Positions 13,102 through 25,100 of a DNA stretch of 64,000 nt are shown piece after piece. Below the pieces are notes generated by a model. The model ran no database searches and was not told the DNA's origin. It worked only from the letters and a program-made list of their open reading frames with translations. This DNA comes from Paramecium tetraurelia (taxonomy: Eukaryota): NCBI GenBank assembly GCA_000165425.1, contig CT868141.1:434001-498000 (forward strand). The letters are read 5' to 3'. Positions within the stretch are counted from its first letter, which is position 1; each line of letters opens with the position of its first letter. The translations under genes and the position numbers were made by a program.

Positions 13102-13995
13102 TCAATATTGCTTAGATAACAATTGTTACTAAAGAGCATAGTGTTTTATATTTAATTGATTATCCCTTTCTTATAATTTATTTTAATAATGACCTTTAAG
13201 ATCATCAGGCACAATGTCATCGATACCTTTGCGATTCTCTCCTTTTAATTTACAATTCAAATTCTATACCTGTGAGTAAATTATAACCACAGTTGGCTCT
13301 ATTATCTAAATTTTAGGCTCTAGCTAATTATCTCACTTAAGTCATTTCGTCTTGTCTTTTTAGTGCTTGACCTTGCTCGTTTTAAGCATACTCTAATGTC
13401 AAAGGGTTGTACGCCAATCCGTTTAAATTTCTTTTGCCTTGTGTAAATTACTCTTAATGGTATTGTCTTTTCATTTCATCCTGCTATGATGATGATTAAT
13501 ACTTTTTATTGATAGTGTTCATTCCTCTACCATATCATGCCTTCTCTCTCTAAATTGGCTAGTCTCCTTTATTCATATTATAACTGTTTTTATTTATTTT
13601 AATATTCCCTTTGCTATTTATCTTGAACAGCAAAATCCTTTAAGAACCTCTCTTAGTCTACCAGATGAATATTAAATATACCCTGTTAAAATAAAGTAGT
13701 ATTCGGTGCTGGACTATGTAAAAGAGTTTTCATATCTTCCCTTTAAGGAGTGTCAAATTCTTCAAAAATTAGATAAGTGCTTACGTCTTGATTGCATTAC
13801 GGTTTATTACGAATTGACTTCTTTTAAATAGTCCTAAAATTTAAAATTACACAATACTCTCTCTGCCCTAGTTCTTGGCTATTGATTGTAATAAGGTTGC
13901 TGATTCTAAGGTTTGAAGATTCCAGCCCCATAACTCATTGAAGAAGGTTAGTAAACATCTTTAGGGTTGTAATCCTATTATTGAGAGAAGAGCAT
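13102..13995 (-). CDS. Hypothetical protein with YNPLT/YNLLTG motifs (possible ciliary/cortical microtubule-associated protein)
   Basis: ATG13995 (MLFSQQQDYNPKDVYQP), several 20-28 nt GT-AG introns, C-terminus AYNPLTLEYAQNEQGQALKRQDEMTQVRQLARAQNLDNRANCGYNLLTGE...SKQY, TGA at 13102-13104. Internal exon boundaries are not fully resolved. Confidence 0.6.
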
Positions 13996-14024
13996 ATTAA
14001 TATTTATAATATTTATATAAGTAT

Positions 14025-15458
14025 TCATTTTTTTTTTAGCCACCGATAAAGCATCTATATTGCATAACATAACCAAAAAATTCCAAGTAGAATTAAACAA
14101 ATGGTTACAAAAACAAAGCTCAATGGTGATAATAATATGCAAGCAATCGATAATAAACTAATATAGGCTGTTTTCTTGCAACAATGATAATCCTAAAATT
14201 TATTTTAATGGACACAATCCATATAAATAATAGCAGGCAGTGTAAATGATAGAACGATGAATCCAATTATAAACCCAATCAAAAAGATTGGAGGTCCAAA
14301 TATTAGAACAAATAAAAATCTAAAAAATCTAACTATTTTTGGATATTTATAAGGGTCTCTATGAGAATATCTCAATCCAGGACAGCCAAATAAGTTGTAA
14401 TATTTATAGTGTTTATCTGTGATTTTCTATTAGCATAGCCAACAAAATTAATTTTTGCAATATTGACAAATCATTTGATTACATCCATCATTTTTTTGAA
14501 TAAGCGAACCACAATTATTGCATTTTTTAATTTTAAACTTCTTAAGAGATTTAATAATGTCTTAATCTAATTGATCTTTGCAAGGTTGGTTACTATGAAC
14601 TTTCATATTGCAATTATTGCAAATAAGCTGTCCACATGAACATTTGAGAGTTTTCTTTTTACTTTTTCTCACTATTTCTTCACAACCAGGTCTAGGACAC
14701 CAAATAAAATTTTAGTCCAATTAGATCTTTCTGATTTTTCTAAATCGCTTCAATTTATTGAAATTGTCTTGATCTAGTAAGGATTCCAAAATATCATCAT
14801 TGAATTTAAACTCGCAATGAATTTATGGACAATAAATTTCTTCGACCAATCCATTATTAATCTTATCGATGATATAATTTTGCAGGCAATCTCTAATATT
14901 ATTTTTAAGAAGTACTAACAAAATTGATGATAACATTCTAATTTAATATTTTAGATCTTCAATTCATTTAAGCATATATTGCAAGTTAGACCTAATAAAT
15001 TTTCTTATTATTCCCTTTATTTTTAATCATTTAAATAACTAAAAAAATTGGGACTTACTTTTCCTATCAATTATTTGATTTAGTCAAAATAATGTCCTTA
15101 TTATTATTTCGATGTTGCCTTTGGAAACGTCTATCTTACAAATTAAATACTGTACTTCCATTAAAAGAATAGTCTAAATGACTCTATGTAAAACTACATT
15201 TTCATCATTTTGCCTAATGCATTCCTCTGCCATATTTTCCAGGACATATATAGCCTTATTCTAGTCCAATCCTAGTTCATTTATGCGAGTGAGGATGTAT
15301 TTTTCTTTTAATTTCTTTTCGCCATCCTCTAATTAAATGGGAAGAGAATTTCTTCTAGTTGCTTGAGTTTGATTTTATCCCAACTTATCTAATTAATCAT
15401 AGTAATCTGAATGGGACTTAGTCTCCGGATACTCTTAATTAAAATTGGAATATGACAT
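14025..15458 (-). CDS. RBR (RING-IBR-RING) E3 ubiquitin ligase with C-terminal TM segments
   Basis: RING1 CNIC...ECYHQF..DCL...CPQIHC; IBR WCPRPGC...CSCGQLICNNC...H...C; RING2 KKCNNC...IQKNDGCNQMICQYCKINFCWLC; hydrophobic tail ending WLKKK-TGA at 14025-14027. Confidence 0.88.
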
Positions 15459-15539
15459 CAATACTATAAAAATTATTTAAATAAAATTTTACATTCACAA
15501 AGGATAGCTTTACTTATGTCATTCCATTTAATCAAAAAT

Positions 15540-17190
15540 TACAATTGAAGCCTCATTATGAAATTAGATAAATGTAAATTATTGATTTTTGTGATTCAAA
15601 AAAGATATAACCCATACTTTTAAGAAGGTTAAAGGTATTTATCAAAAATTATAATAGATTCAATTCCTGATAATTTGAGATGTATAAGCATTAAATAAAT
15701 TTAATTTCTGAAAGATCAATCAATAATAAGTTTATTTTAGCTTTTTCTGTTTTTTTAAAATTGGAAAAGATTAGTTATACTCTTATTTTACACCTACTTT
15801 TTAAAAGTTCTTCGCCTAAAAAATTAAAAATGAATTGTATTAATAACCAACTGAAAAATACTCTTGCTGCCTTTATTTATGGTCAGATTCCTTATTTAGA
15901 AACATCTAAAGGCAGATGTTGATCCTTAACTTTCACAAGAATTAAAATTATTAAAATTCTATAAATTCTTTAAATTGTATGATTCCAATAGTTCCATTAA
16001 TAAAATCGGTTGTTTAAGAATCGTAGCAGTTATTTACTGCTAAAGATGAATTCGAAAAGAAACAAAATGAATTAATGTAATTAATAATAGATATAACTCA
16101 ATCCTTGGATTAAGTGGAATACTTCGATAACATTCAAGAAGAATTATACACTTACGATGAAAAGCAATTTATAAAGTAGTGCAAAGATCTTTTGCACCAA
16201 AGTGAGCAGTTAGTCCAATAATTACCATCCAATTTAACTAAGTAAAATATTTGATTTTATATAACTTAAAGAATAAATGGCTATCTATATAGTAAAACTA
16301 ATAACTATAAAGAGTTACTACAACATTTATAAGAACTAAATAAAATAAGTTCTTAAATTCGTTCATTAGAATTATAATCCTATGAAGTCTTAAAAACTGT
16401 GGTAGTTTTTTAACCAAAGATCTAATGTAAATAATGATTCTAAACTATAAGCCATGCATGAAGTGTAGATATTTCTTAAACTTAAAGCTCCTAAAGAAAT
16501 ATAAGACATATTTAATTAATACCCTAGACATTTAAAAAGTGAATATGCTTTCAAATTCCAGATTGATGACTCTTTACTCTCTAAAAATGTTTTCAATTTT
16601 TCAAGAAAGGAGTTTATGAAACTCCAATAAATAAAAAAAGATGCTCAAATTTATACTATCTCAAAAAAATAACATTGTTCATTAGAAATACGAAATATTT
16701 AATAAAATTAATATATACAATAAAAATCATAGATTTTGAAATCACAATTTACTTCTCTTCATTAGGAATAACATTAAGAACAAGAGAATAAAGCGCAGTT
16801 GTTTAGATTATATTTAGTAGTTAATGGATAAAATGGAATATCTATTATAAGAGATAAAGATTAACGAATATATGTGGGGTGTGGTTAAGACTTTTGTTTA
16901 TAAGAAAAAGATAAAATTATTATTCTATAAAACTCTAATTAAGAGACTTTAATATCATATAATATTAAAAGGTTAATTATTAAATAATTATGAATCCTAA
17001 TAGTGATTATAATTGTTAAGAATTAACATATTTTATAGGATCTCGTTTATAATTAATTTATTTACATTTCTTATTAAATAATCATAAAAATCCAATTATT
17101 TTATTTAAATATATTTATTATAAGAGGTTTGGAAATCAAATCAACAGATTTTCTTTACGAAAATATCTACTCTAAATTTCAAAATCTTGA
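15540..17190 (+). pseudogene. Possible degenerate gene: coding-like fragments in shifting frames
   Basis: The stretch ESQQLFTAKDEFEKKQNELMQLIIDITQSLDQVEYFDNIQEELYTYDEKQF (~16018-16240) and an intron-like gtaaaat...ttaaag look coding. The flanks carry in-frame TGAs and frame changes, and no clean model could be built. Confidence 0.3.
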
Positions 17191-17216
17191 TTAATAAAAA
17201 ATTAAAATATAAATTA

Positions 17217-17943
17217 TCAAAAAATGCTCTGAAAACTCGGCCCTTATGTATTATTATATAATGGTTTGTTATTTGGTTAAAGTTATTACAGTTAATTTTA
17301 TTTCTCTTAACATTATTGCTAGAAGTCTTAATGATTATTTGTAATATCATTGAATATTGGTTATTATTAGAACATAAACTAATTATTGGATTAGAGTGGG
17401 TTAACATAGAGTTGTACCATTTATCCTTCCCAGTCAATATTAGTTCTTGTAATCCTTGGAGTTTAAACATTAATTTATCTATAAACTTTATCAATTATAA
17501 CACAAGATGGATCATTCTCAATCAAATCAGGGTCCAAATACGAATTATAAACATAATACCCAACCTATGATGAAATTAAACTTAGAATAATTACTCTGAA
17601 GAATTCATGGTTTCTATATCTTACACTTAATATTATTGCTGTCGCGCCAAATAAATCTTCTTTGCTTGGAATTAACTCTAATTTTGGACCTGCAGTCATT
17701 AATGTAAACTACATGGTCCCTTGTTAAAGAGGAGGCATTGAAAATTGCTCCAACACTTGATCATGCTTATCATTATTAGGAGACCCAATGTAAATAAGTC
17801 TAATATGTTGTCTTATTGTACTTCCAATCAATTTCTTAATCTAATTGCCTAAGCACTTCAAAAGTGATTTGCATTTAGATTGGAGTATTGAACAGTGCAG
17901 TGCTTTGGTCGAAAACAATATTTGTAATATTTATAAGTGCCAT
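17217..17943 (-). CDS. ASF1: Histone H3/H4 chaperone ASF1
   Basis: MALINITNIVFD...ITFEVL...IDWKLIYIGSP..DKHDQVLE...LFGATAIILSVRYRNHEFFRVGYYVYN.Y.DPDLIENDP...PRITRTNIDWE, two tiny introns, Q/N-rich tail, TGA at 17217-17219. Confidence 0.92.
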
Positions 17944-17979
17944 AAAATTTAAATAATAATAAACCCTCGAAATTTAATA

Positions 17980-18815
17980 TCAAATTTTAATCAACGTATT
18001 TATATAAGCATATCTGGAAAACACAACAAATAGCTTTCTATACCACACAAATTGTGAATGGTGGATTTGCATTGACTTCCATGCCTTAAGCATATTTAGA
18101 TTCACCATTAGATTATCATTTAGGATGGAAGAGACAAAGAAATCTAAAAATGAACTATACTTTCTAAATATATTAGTGGTCTCTAAGACAAACACCTTCA
18201 GGTCTTCTGTTCTTTTCATTGTAGATATTGCATTATAACAGGCAATATGATTTAAATGGCCTGAAATACCATGTTTATCAAATGTAATAATCCCCTTTAT
18301 ATTATTCTCATATATGTATCTATATACTATTAACTAATTCATTTTACTTCTAGACAATTTTTTAAATTTTTTCTATAGGCCACGTAGCTGTCATTGAATC
18401 TTATAAATCTTCATCATTTATAATGGTTAACTTAATAAGTTAAATTATCATATACTTTCTTTATCTTCAAGTATTGACAACACTTTTCTAATTCTGATTC
18501 TCTAATCTTTCCGATCTTATTAGCATTTCCATTTGATAAACACATTAAATGAATCTCGTAATTGTTATCTTGCAAATAGCTAATAGTTGGTAAAAAAAAC
18601 ATTGCTTCATCATCAGGATGAGCTGTGACTAATAAAACAGATTTATTTTCCTTTTCTAATATATCAATTATTACTTCTTTCTAATCCTATTGTTTCTTTG
18701 ATTTGAAATACAATAAGACAAAAATGGTGATAAAGTTTGAAATTATTAAGCCATATTTTAAAATAAAAAGCAAGTCATCATCTATTATCTCTTCAATAAT
18801 ATCAAGAAGTCCCAT
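17980..18815 (-). CDS. PIGL: GlcNAc-PI de-N-acetylase (GPI anchor synthesis, PIG-L/GPI12)
   Basis: N-terminal TM segment, then VLLVTAHPDDEAMFFLPTI, LMCLSNGN...GKIRESEL, ITFDKHGISGHLNH and HHSQFVWYRKLFVVFSRYAYINTL, all PIG-L family motifs. Confidence 0.92.
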
Positions 18816-19373
18816 AATTAATGTTTAAAAATTAAAATTTTAATTATATCACCAAAAATACTAGAGAAATAGTTTTTAAGATTATTAGAAATTATGTTAA
18901 AGATGAAACTCTATTCAAATTATTGTTAAGAATTTAAAAATTTCATTTTCAATTTCATTGGACTTTCTTGTGTTATTTTTATTTCAATAATAATTTTATT
19001 ACAAAGATTTAATTCTATAAATATACTCTAATCTTTGAACTCTAATAGCCTTTCGCCACCATTTATAATATCAAATGTATATTTTTTAAATTTCATATGT
19101 ATATCTTAAATTAATATATAGTGATATTTTGATAAAAGTAACTCTTTCCAATAGATTAATAATTTAGATTTTATCTTCTGAAGACTTCTTTATCCATAAT
19201 AAGAATAAATTTTAAGAGATATTTATTTATCTTTAGATATTGCATTCAACAAATTATAAGCGTTAATAAAACTTTAAATAAAAAGAGATAACTTGATTTA
19301 TACTATATTTATGTTAATTTGTTCTTCCTAATTATGAAGAAAATAAAAATCATAATAATAATTATTATAATAT

Positions 19374-21898
19374 TCAAATGTTTAATTTTCTGTAATGTTT
19401 TTATTATTGAATTTCGTGATCTATAGCTACTTTCATTAGATCATTCTTTCTTTTATTGATTTAAGCTTGATAGGTATCAAACTCACTCATCAAATCTTTC
19501 AATTCAAATTACTTAGTTTATTCTTTGTAATCTCTATTTTAATCTTCAAAATGTTTCTATAATAATTCTTTCTCATCTAGTGCTTTTTGTAACTAATAAC
19601 TTAGGTTGACTTTTTCGTCAAATAGTTTTTCTATTTAATCATGCCTTTATTCTATTTCTAAATCTTTTAATTTGACTTCATTCTCCAACATTTCATTTCT
19701 TAATTTAGATTGATTTAATTCAAATTCCTTTTAAATATATTAAATAGATTACCATTTTCTTGATTTATTAATTATGATCAAACTCAACCTATGCCATAGC
19801 ATCACTATGTTGATCTTTCAGTTCATCTATTTAAATTTTTAATTATTAGATTTCTTCTAAATACTTATGCGTGTCTTCTTAGATCTTCTCTTCTTATTAT
19901 CTAACATCTATATCATAATATTCATTATATTAAGGGATGGTTACTTATTTTTTTTAAGGAATTTTTTCTTTCTCCTCTTATTCTAATGGAGTTACTGATT
20001 AATCACTTATTACACTTTTTTCATTAAAATTAGGCTGAAACTTTTCAGCATTTTTTAAGTCTTCGTCTTCTTAGACTTCAGTTTAAGTTGCCTTTTCTAC
20101 TTTTTCTACCCCTTAGAATTCATCCTCTTGATAATCAGGACCCACATATTGTTTTCCTTTAGATTTATCAGATCTATCATCATCTGCTATTTCAGCATTG
20201 ATAAGATCTTATTAATCTTACTGATTTTCTTTGTCTTTTTGATCTTGTTTTTGTTATTAGTCCTCTCCTTTCTCATTAGCTTTAACATAAACTCTTTTAG
20301 GCATATAGCTGTTAAACTTATCCATATGAATATCCTTTATATCAGAGGGTAGAACCTTAATATTATTGTGATAGTAATTGTAGAGGAAGTTGTAATCATT
20401 TTACAACAATGGATCAGTGATAAAGTAACTATAAATATCAATAGATACATCATTGTCGAAACTTGTGATGTATGTTTCTAATATATTTTTTAGTTTTTGG
20501 GACATCTCCTAAAATTGAGGTAAATTGCTATATGATCTATTAGTGTTGTTAAAAAAAAGATCTTTAAATAGATTTGCTATAGTAATAAAATGATCCATAT
20601 TGTAATCTTGATTTATAAATTATTCCTTAAGGTTGGGATTCAATAAAAATTTGGAAATAAATAAGTTCTTTACAGGGAAGGTAGCTTAGAGGTTGTCTGT
20701 AAAATGAGGAGCATCCTGTATGGTCTAATTGAATTAGGCAAGGAGGTTGAGGAGATCTGGAGGTAAGGTGGCAAAGAAGGAAATAAATTGAGTTTCTACT
20801 ATTGGTTAAACAGTAGCAAAAAACTTAGGAGGAGCCATTTTATGGTTTGGCAGTAGTAAGTCATCAAGTAGTTGTTAAAATTCAAAGTAAACAGGAGAGT
20901 ATAACAATTGCATATAATTTAGTAGAAATTAAAAGTAAGGATCACTATCATCCTAGTCTTTGAAGAGCATATCCCTTTTAGTTTAGGAATTAATGTATTA
21001 TTTAAATATATTGTGTATCATATCTTCCCCTTAGAATTTTAATTAAGAAAACTAAGATCTCTTGTAATTAGTCCTTTTCTTTGAATAGGCTGCAAAATAT
21101 ATTCTACCTAATGTAAAATGCACTTCTTTCACATTTATAGTGTCATTCTTGACGAATAACAGTTTCTTGATAATCAATAATTTATTGCTAAATATTAACT
21201 TATTGACTTCTTCAATCTCATCTCTCTCAGCCATACTTTATCTTTCTATAATATATTTACTAATTCTTCCTTTGTTGGCAATATAATCATCCAACACTTG
21301 GTCACTAACTTATTCTTTTTCTAAAATGTATTCCAAAGTGTTAACAAAATGACTAAGTTGTAATTTATTTTAGTCTGCATCGTTATAATTCATCATAATG
21401 TCTAAGGATTCAAAGAATTCAAAACTAGTCGCCATTCTTTCCAAGGCCTTAACAAATACTTTAACATCTAAAGGAACGTAATTTCCAATGCTTTCCATTA
21501 TTTTACCAGATTGCAAAGCCAACTGTGATTATTAACTTGTTTAATATAAACTTTGATGTATTTTTGCCCTATCTGAAGACTTATTTTTTGAATATAAATT
21601 AAATATTAATCCGTCTATTAAGAGTATGATTAAATCTATATATTGAGTGGCTGGTTGATCAGATCCTTCATCAGCTATTCTGACTACTTAAATCATAATG
21701 GCTGAAATAACTGCATCATAATATTCTTTTCCTTTTACTTCGATGGATTATTTCCAAGTACTCTAAAAAACTTCATTTATTTATTAATTTACATCCTATT
21801 TCATATGCTCCTTATCCAAATAAGAAATTGAAGGCTTGCCTAATATTGTTTTCGATTTTATCAGATGAGAATTGATCTTTTTTTTTTTCAAAATTCAT
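19374..21898 (-). CDS. Hypothetical protein (~800 aa) with coiled-coil C-terminus
   Basis: Long TGA-free ciliate-code frame with small introns near 19730-19755 and 19925-19945, ending RKLNI-TGA at 19374-19376. The start is either ATG21804, or ATG21898 if the 11-T run at 21878-21888 has one extra base. Confidence 0.6.
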
Positions 21899-22446
21899 AA
21901 TAATGTATTAACAATTATTTAATAATTTATATTACAAAAAAGCATAATAATTCTTATTCAATTAAGCTTCTTTGCACTAATGGTTTTCATTATAATTCCA
22001 ATATTATAGATCATTCCTATAATTAACATATATTATTGTTGTGATTTTAGTTTTAATCAAATGGTAAGTACTATTTAAATATAAATTACTTTAATTTTAT
22101 AATTTGAAAATTTATTCAATTTCATTATTAGCAGGGCATATATGCTCTTATTCTTAGAAATTATCAACTTAAATTTAAAATTTAAAAAATAAAACATATA
22201 ATTCATCAAAAAAGGATGAAACTTATCTTGTAGAGTTTATTTATGTTTTTTAATATAAAATATGTGATTATAATTCTTATAACTAGTTTTATGTTTTAGT
22301 TTTCTATCAATATCTATTTTTATCATTATTGTTTTAATAAGCTAAATACTATATAAATATTTAGGTAAGGATAATAGAATTAGGCATTTCTGATTATGCA
22401 AATCTTTATTATTTTTAGTTGAGAATAAATTTTTATATATAAATAA

Positions 22447-23295
22447 ATGGATTAATAACAATTTGACTCTGAACTGCAGACATACTTTCTACACATTAAA
22501 CATGAAATCAAATAGGAACACATAGAATATTTGAAAAAGCACCCAGAGTTAAATTAGATATTAAATGATTTCACAAGTTAGATTATTTTGGAGAAAGTAA
22601 CTTTTCAATAATATTTCAGCCTGATAATGTTTATCAATATGCTAAAGAATACTTCAGTTTCTTTAATCAAGAAAAAGATCTTAAGACTTGCAAGCCTTTA
22701 GTTATTTCAGGGGCCAGTGGAGTTGGAAAAGTAATTTTAAGTTATTAATTGTTCCTAATAGGGAACTTTATTATAGATGCTTTTTAAACAATATCCACAA
22801 TAATTTGTATTTAGTGTGAGCTACACAACAAGAGCACCAAGGCCTGGTGAAGTTCATGGATAACACTATTATTTTGTTAGCAAAGAGGAGTTCTAGAAAG
22901 AAATTGAAAAGAAGGCATTTTTAGAATATAGTGAAGTGCACGGAAATTATTATGGGACTCATTTGGCTCAAGTGCAAAAAGTGATGAAGTAAGGATAAGT
23001 CTGTGTGATTGAAATAGATGTTTAAGGTGCTGAAAAAATTAGCAAATCTATGCCAAATCAGTGTAATTATATTTTCATTAATGCACCATCTGTTGAGGAA
23101 TTGAGAAAGAGACTAACTGGAAGAGGAACAGAGACAGAGGAAGTCATTGAGAAAAGAATGAAAAATGCACAAAAAGAGATAGAGAAAGCACATTAATTAG
23201 GATTCTATAATGAACTATTAAACGATGATCTGCAAAAAACCTTTAAGAAACTTATTGATCTTCTCAAAACCTTTTATGTTGATCTAAAATTATGA
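22447..23295 (+). CDS. Guanylate kinase with N-terminal RIIa/Dpy-30-like dimerization-docking domain
   Basis: EYLKKHPELNQILNDFTSQIILEKPDNVYQYAKEYF (RIIa-like), then [50 protein letters not shown] and RLTGRGTE. Introns at 22597-22619 and 22731-22761. Confidence 0.9.
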
Positions 23296-23345
23296 AATGA
23301 ATTATAGAATGTTCAAATTATACAAAAACAAAATGTTTAGAATAC

Positions 23346-23660
23346 TCATCTATCATTCTTCCACTTATGACCACATTTTATGCATTCAAATGATATGGTA
23401 CTCTATTCGTCTGCTCCTCTAGTTTAGAATTCCCAAAAGAAGGCTTTGAGACATCCACATTTGTCGCATTATTCATCAGTAATTTATTTATTTTATTATG
23501 GATATGTGATAGGAGCAGGCTCTTTGGATTAAAATGTTTTTGTTAATCTCATTTCCTTTAATGGGTGATAATAAACGCATCCAGGGCATTTTAATCGATA
23601 TCCTGTACTAGATTCATTCTCTAAAGATAAAAAATTTGAGCATATCGGACAAAAATTCAT
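23346..23660 (-). CDS. RPC11: RNA polymerase III subunit C11 (TFIIS-like zinc ribbons), 104 aa
   Basis: MNFCPICSNFL...LKCPGC...CDKCGCLKAFFWEFQTRGADEQSTISFECIKCGHKWKNDR; single 315-nt exon. Confidence 0.82.
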
Positions 23661-23772
23661 TTAGAAAAATAATTAATAATATAATTATATTAAACATTTC
23701 GACAAATCAATTATTTCATAAAGAAAGAAATACTAAATTGATATCAAATTAACAATCAAATAATAATTAAAT

Positions 23773-24384
23773 TCAAAATTACACTCCTCCTCTTTTCTCA
23801 AAAGTCATAATCATATTCATTTTCTATCTGCCAACCATTCAAATTTTTAAAAGTCTCTCCAATAATTGTATTATGTCTCATTTATTAAATTCTAGTTTTT
23901 TCTATATTAATTTTAATTGGTTTCGATAGCCAATCACACTTCTCTCTAATTACATTTATAAACTACCCAAAATTCTTTTTTAGCTAGTTTCTGTGAAATT
24001 GAAATTAGTACTTTTTTTTCTAGTTATCAAAGAATCTAGACACCTATCAGGTTGATTTTATATTGTAGAAACTCTGTGCCTTCTTATTATGTTTCTATTA
24101 TTTACGAAAATTTAGTTCAGCTACTTCGTTGAAATGCTTGATGCTTTAAATTATAATTTATTATTCTCCGGTTTTAGTTTAACGTTCTTTACAGAAGTAT
24201 GAAATAGATTTTATGAATTTAAAATGGTAGGTGGTATGTGAGATGAATTTGATTTAGTAATTTTTGTTTCAAAGAGTTGTGGTTAATGGATTTAATGTTT
24301 TGTTTTTCTTCTCATTTAATGCAAGTAATTTATCTGGAAGTAATAAATCAAATCATCTGATGACACATTTCTTTAATCACCCAT
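23773..24384 (-). CDS. Hypothetical protein (~195 aa)
   Basis: ATG24384 (MGDQRNVSSDDLIYYFQ), one 24-nt GT-AG intron near 24019-24042, ends FEKRGGVQF-TGA. Confidence 0.6.
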
Positions 24385-25100
24385 ATTTATAAATAATAAT
24401 TAATAAATTAAATCTTTTCTCCATTTGTTAGAATATTTCATTTAGCATATTTTATTATTGAATCAACAGATATAGTAATTATGTACTCTGAAAACTCCAA
24501 GTTTCTTCACCCTTAGAGTTGGATTATTTAAGTGGTTATTATATATTGTTAAAATACTTTAGATTAAGTTAAAAATTGGAATTGCTAATAAAAGAAAAAA
24601 GTGGTTTTGCAAGGCTTGTTTCTCCATAAATCTAATCATTACCAACTTAATATCCCGTAGATTAGCTTGTAAAAGGTTATATATTTCTTAATTATTCTAT
24701 CGTCAATAACTTATCCTTATAAAATTATTTTATTGTCTGATTCATGCTTTTGAAATTAACCAATAGCTTTGCTGAACTTATTCGTTTTTATGTTTTTTTA
24801 ACATTACTCTCTCACTAGGAACTGAGATGAATATTATCCAAATTTTAAATATTAACTTATTTCTGGGGCTCTGTTTAGGTATTTTACTTATTTTCTATTT
24901 TAACTAATATAACAAGATTATGAAACAATATTTTAATTAATAGGAATAAACCATTTTACACTTAAGATAGATACATTAAATATTAATTTTAAATCAACTT
25001 AATATAATGTGAAATAATTATGTCTAAGAAAAGACCCGAAAAGATAAGGATTTAGTAAAATAATTTAAATTTGAATAATTAAAATAGAATTGATATAATT

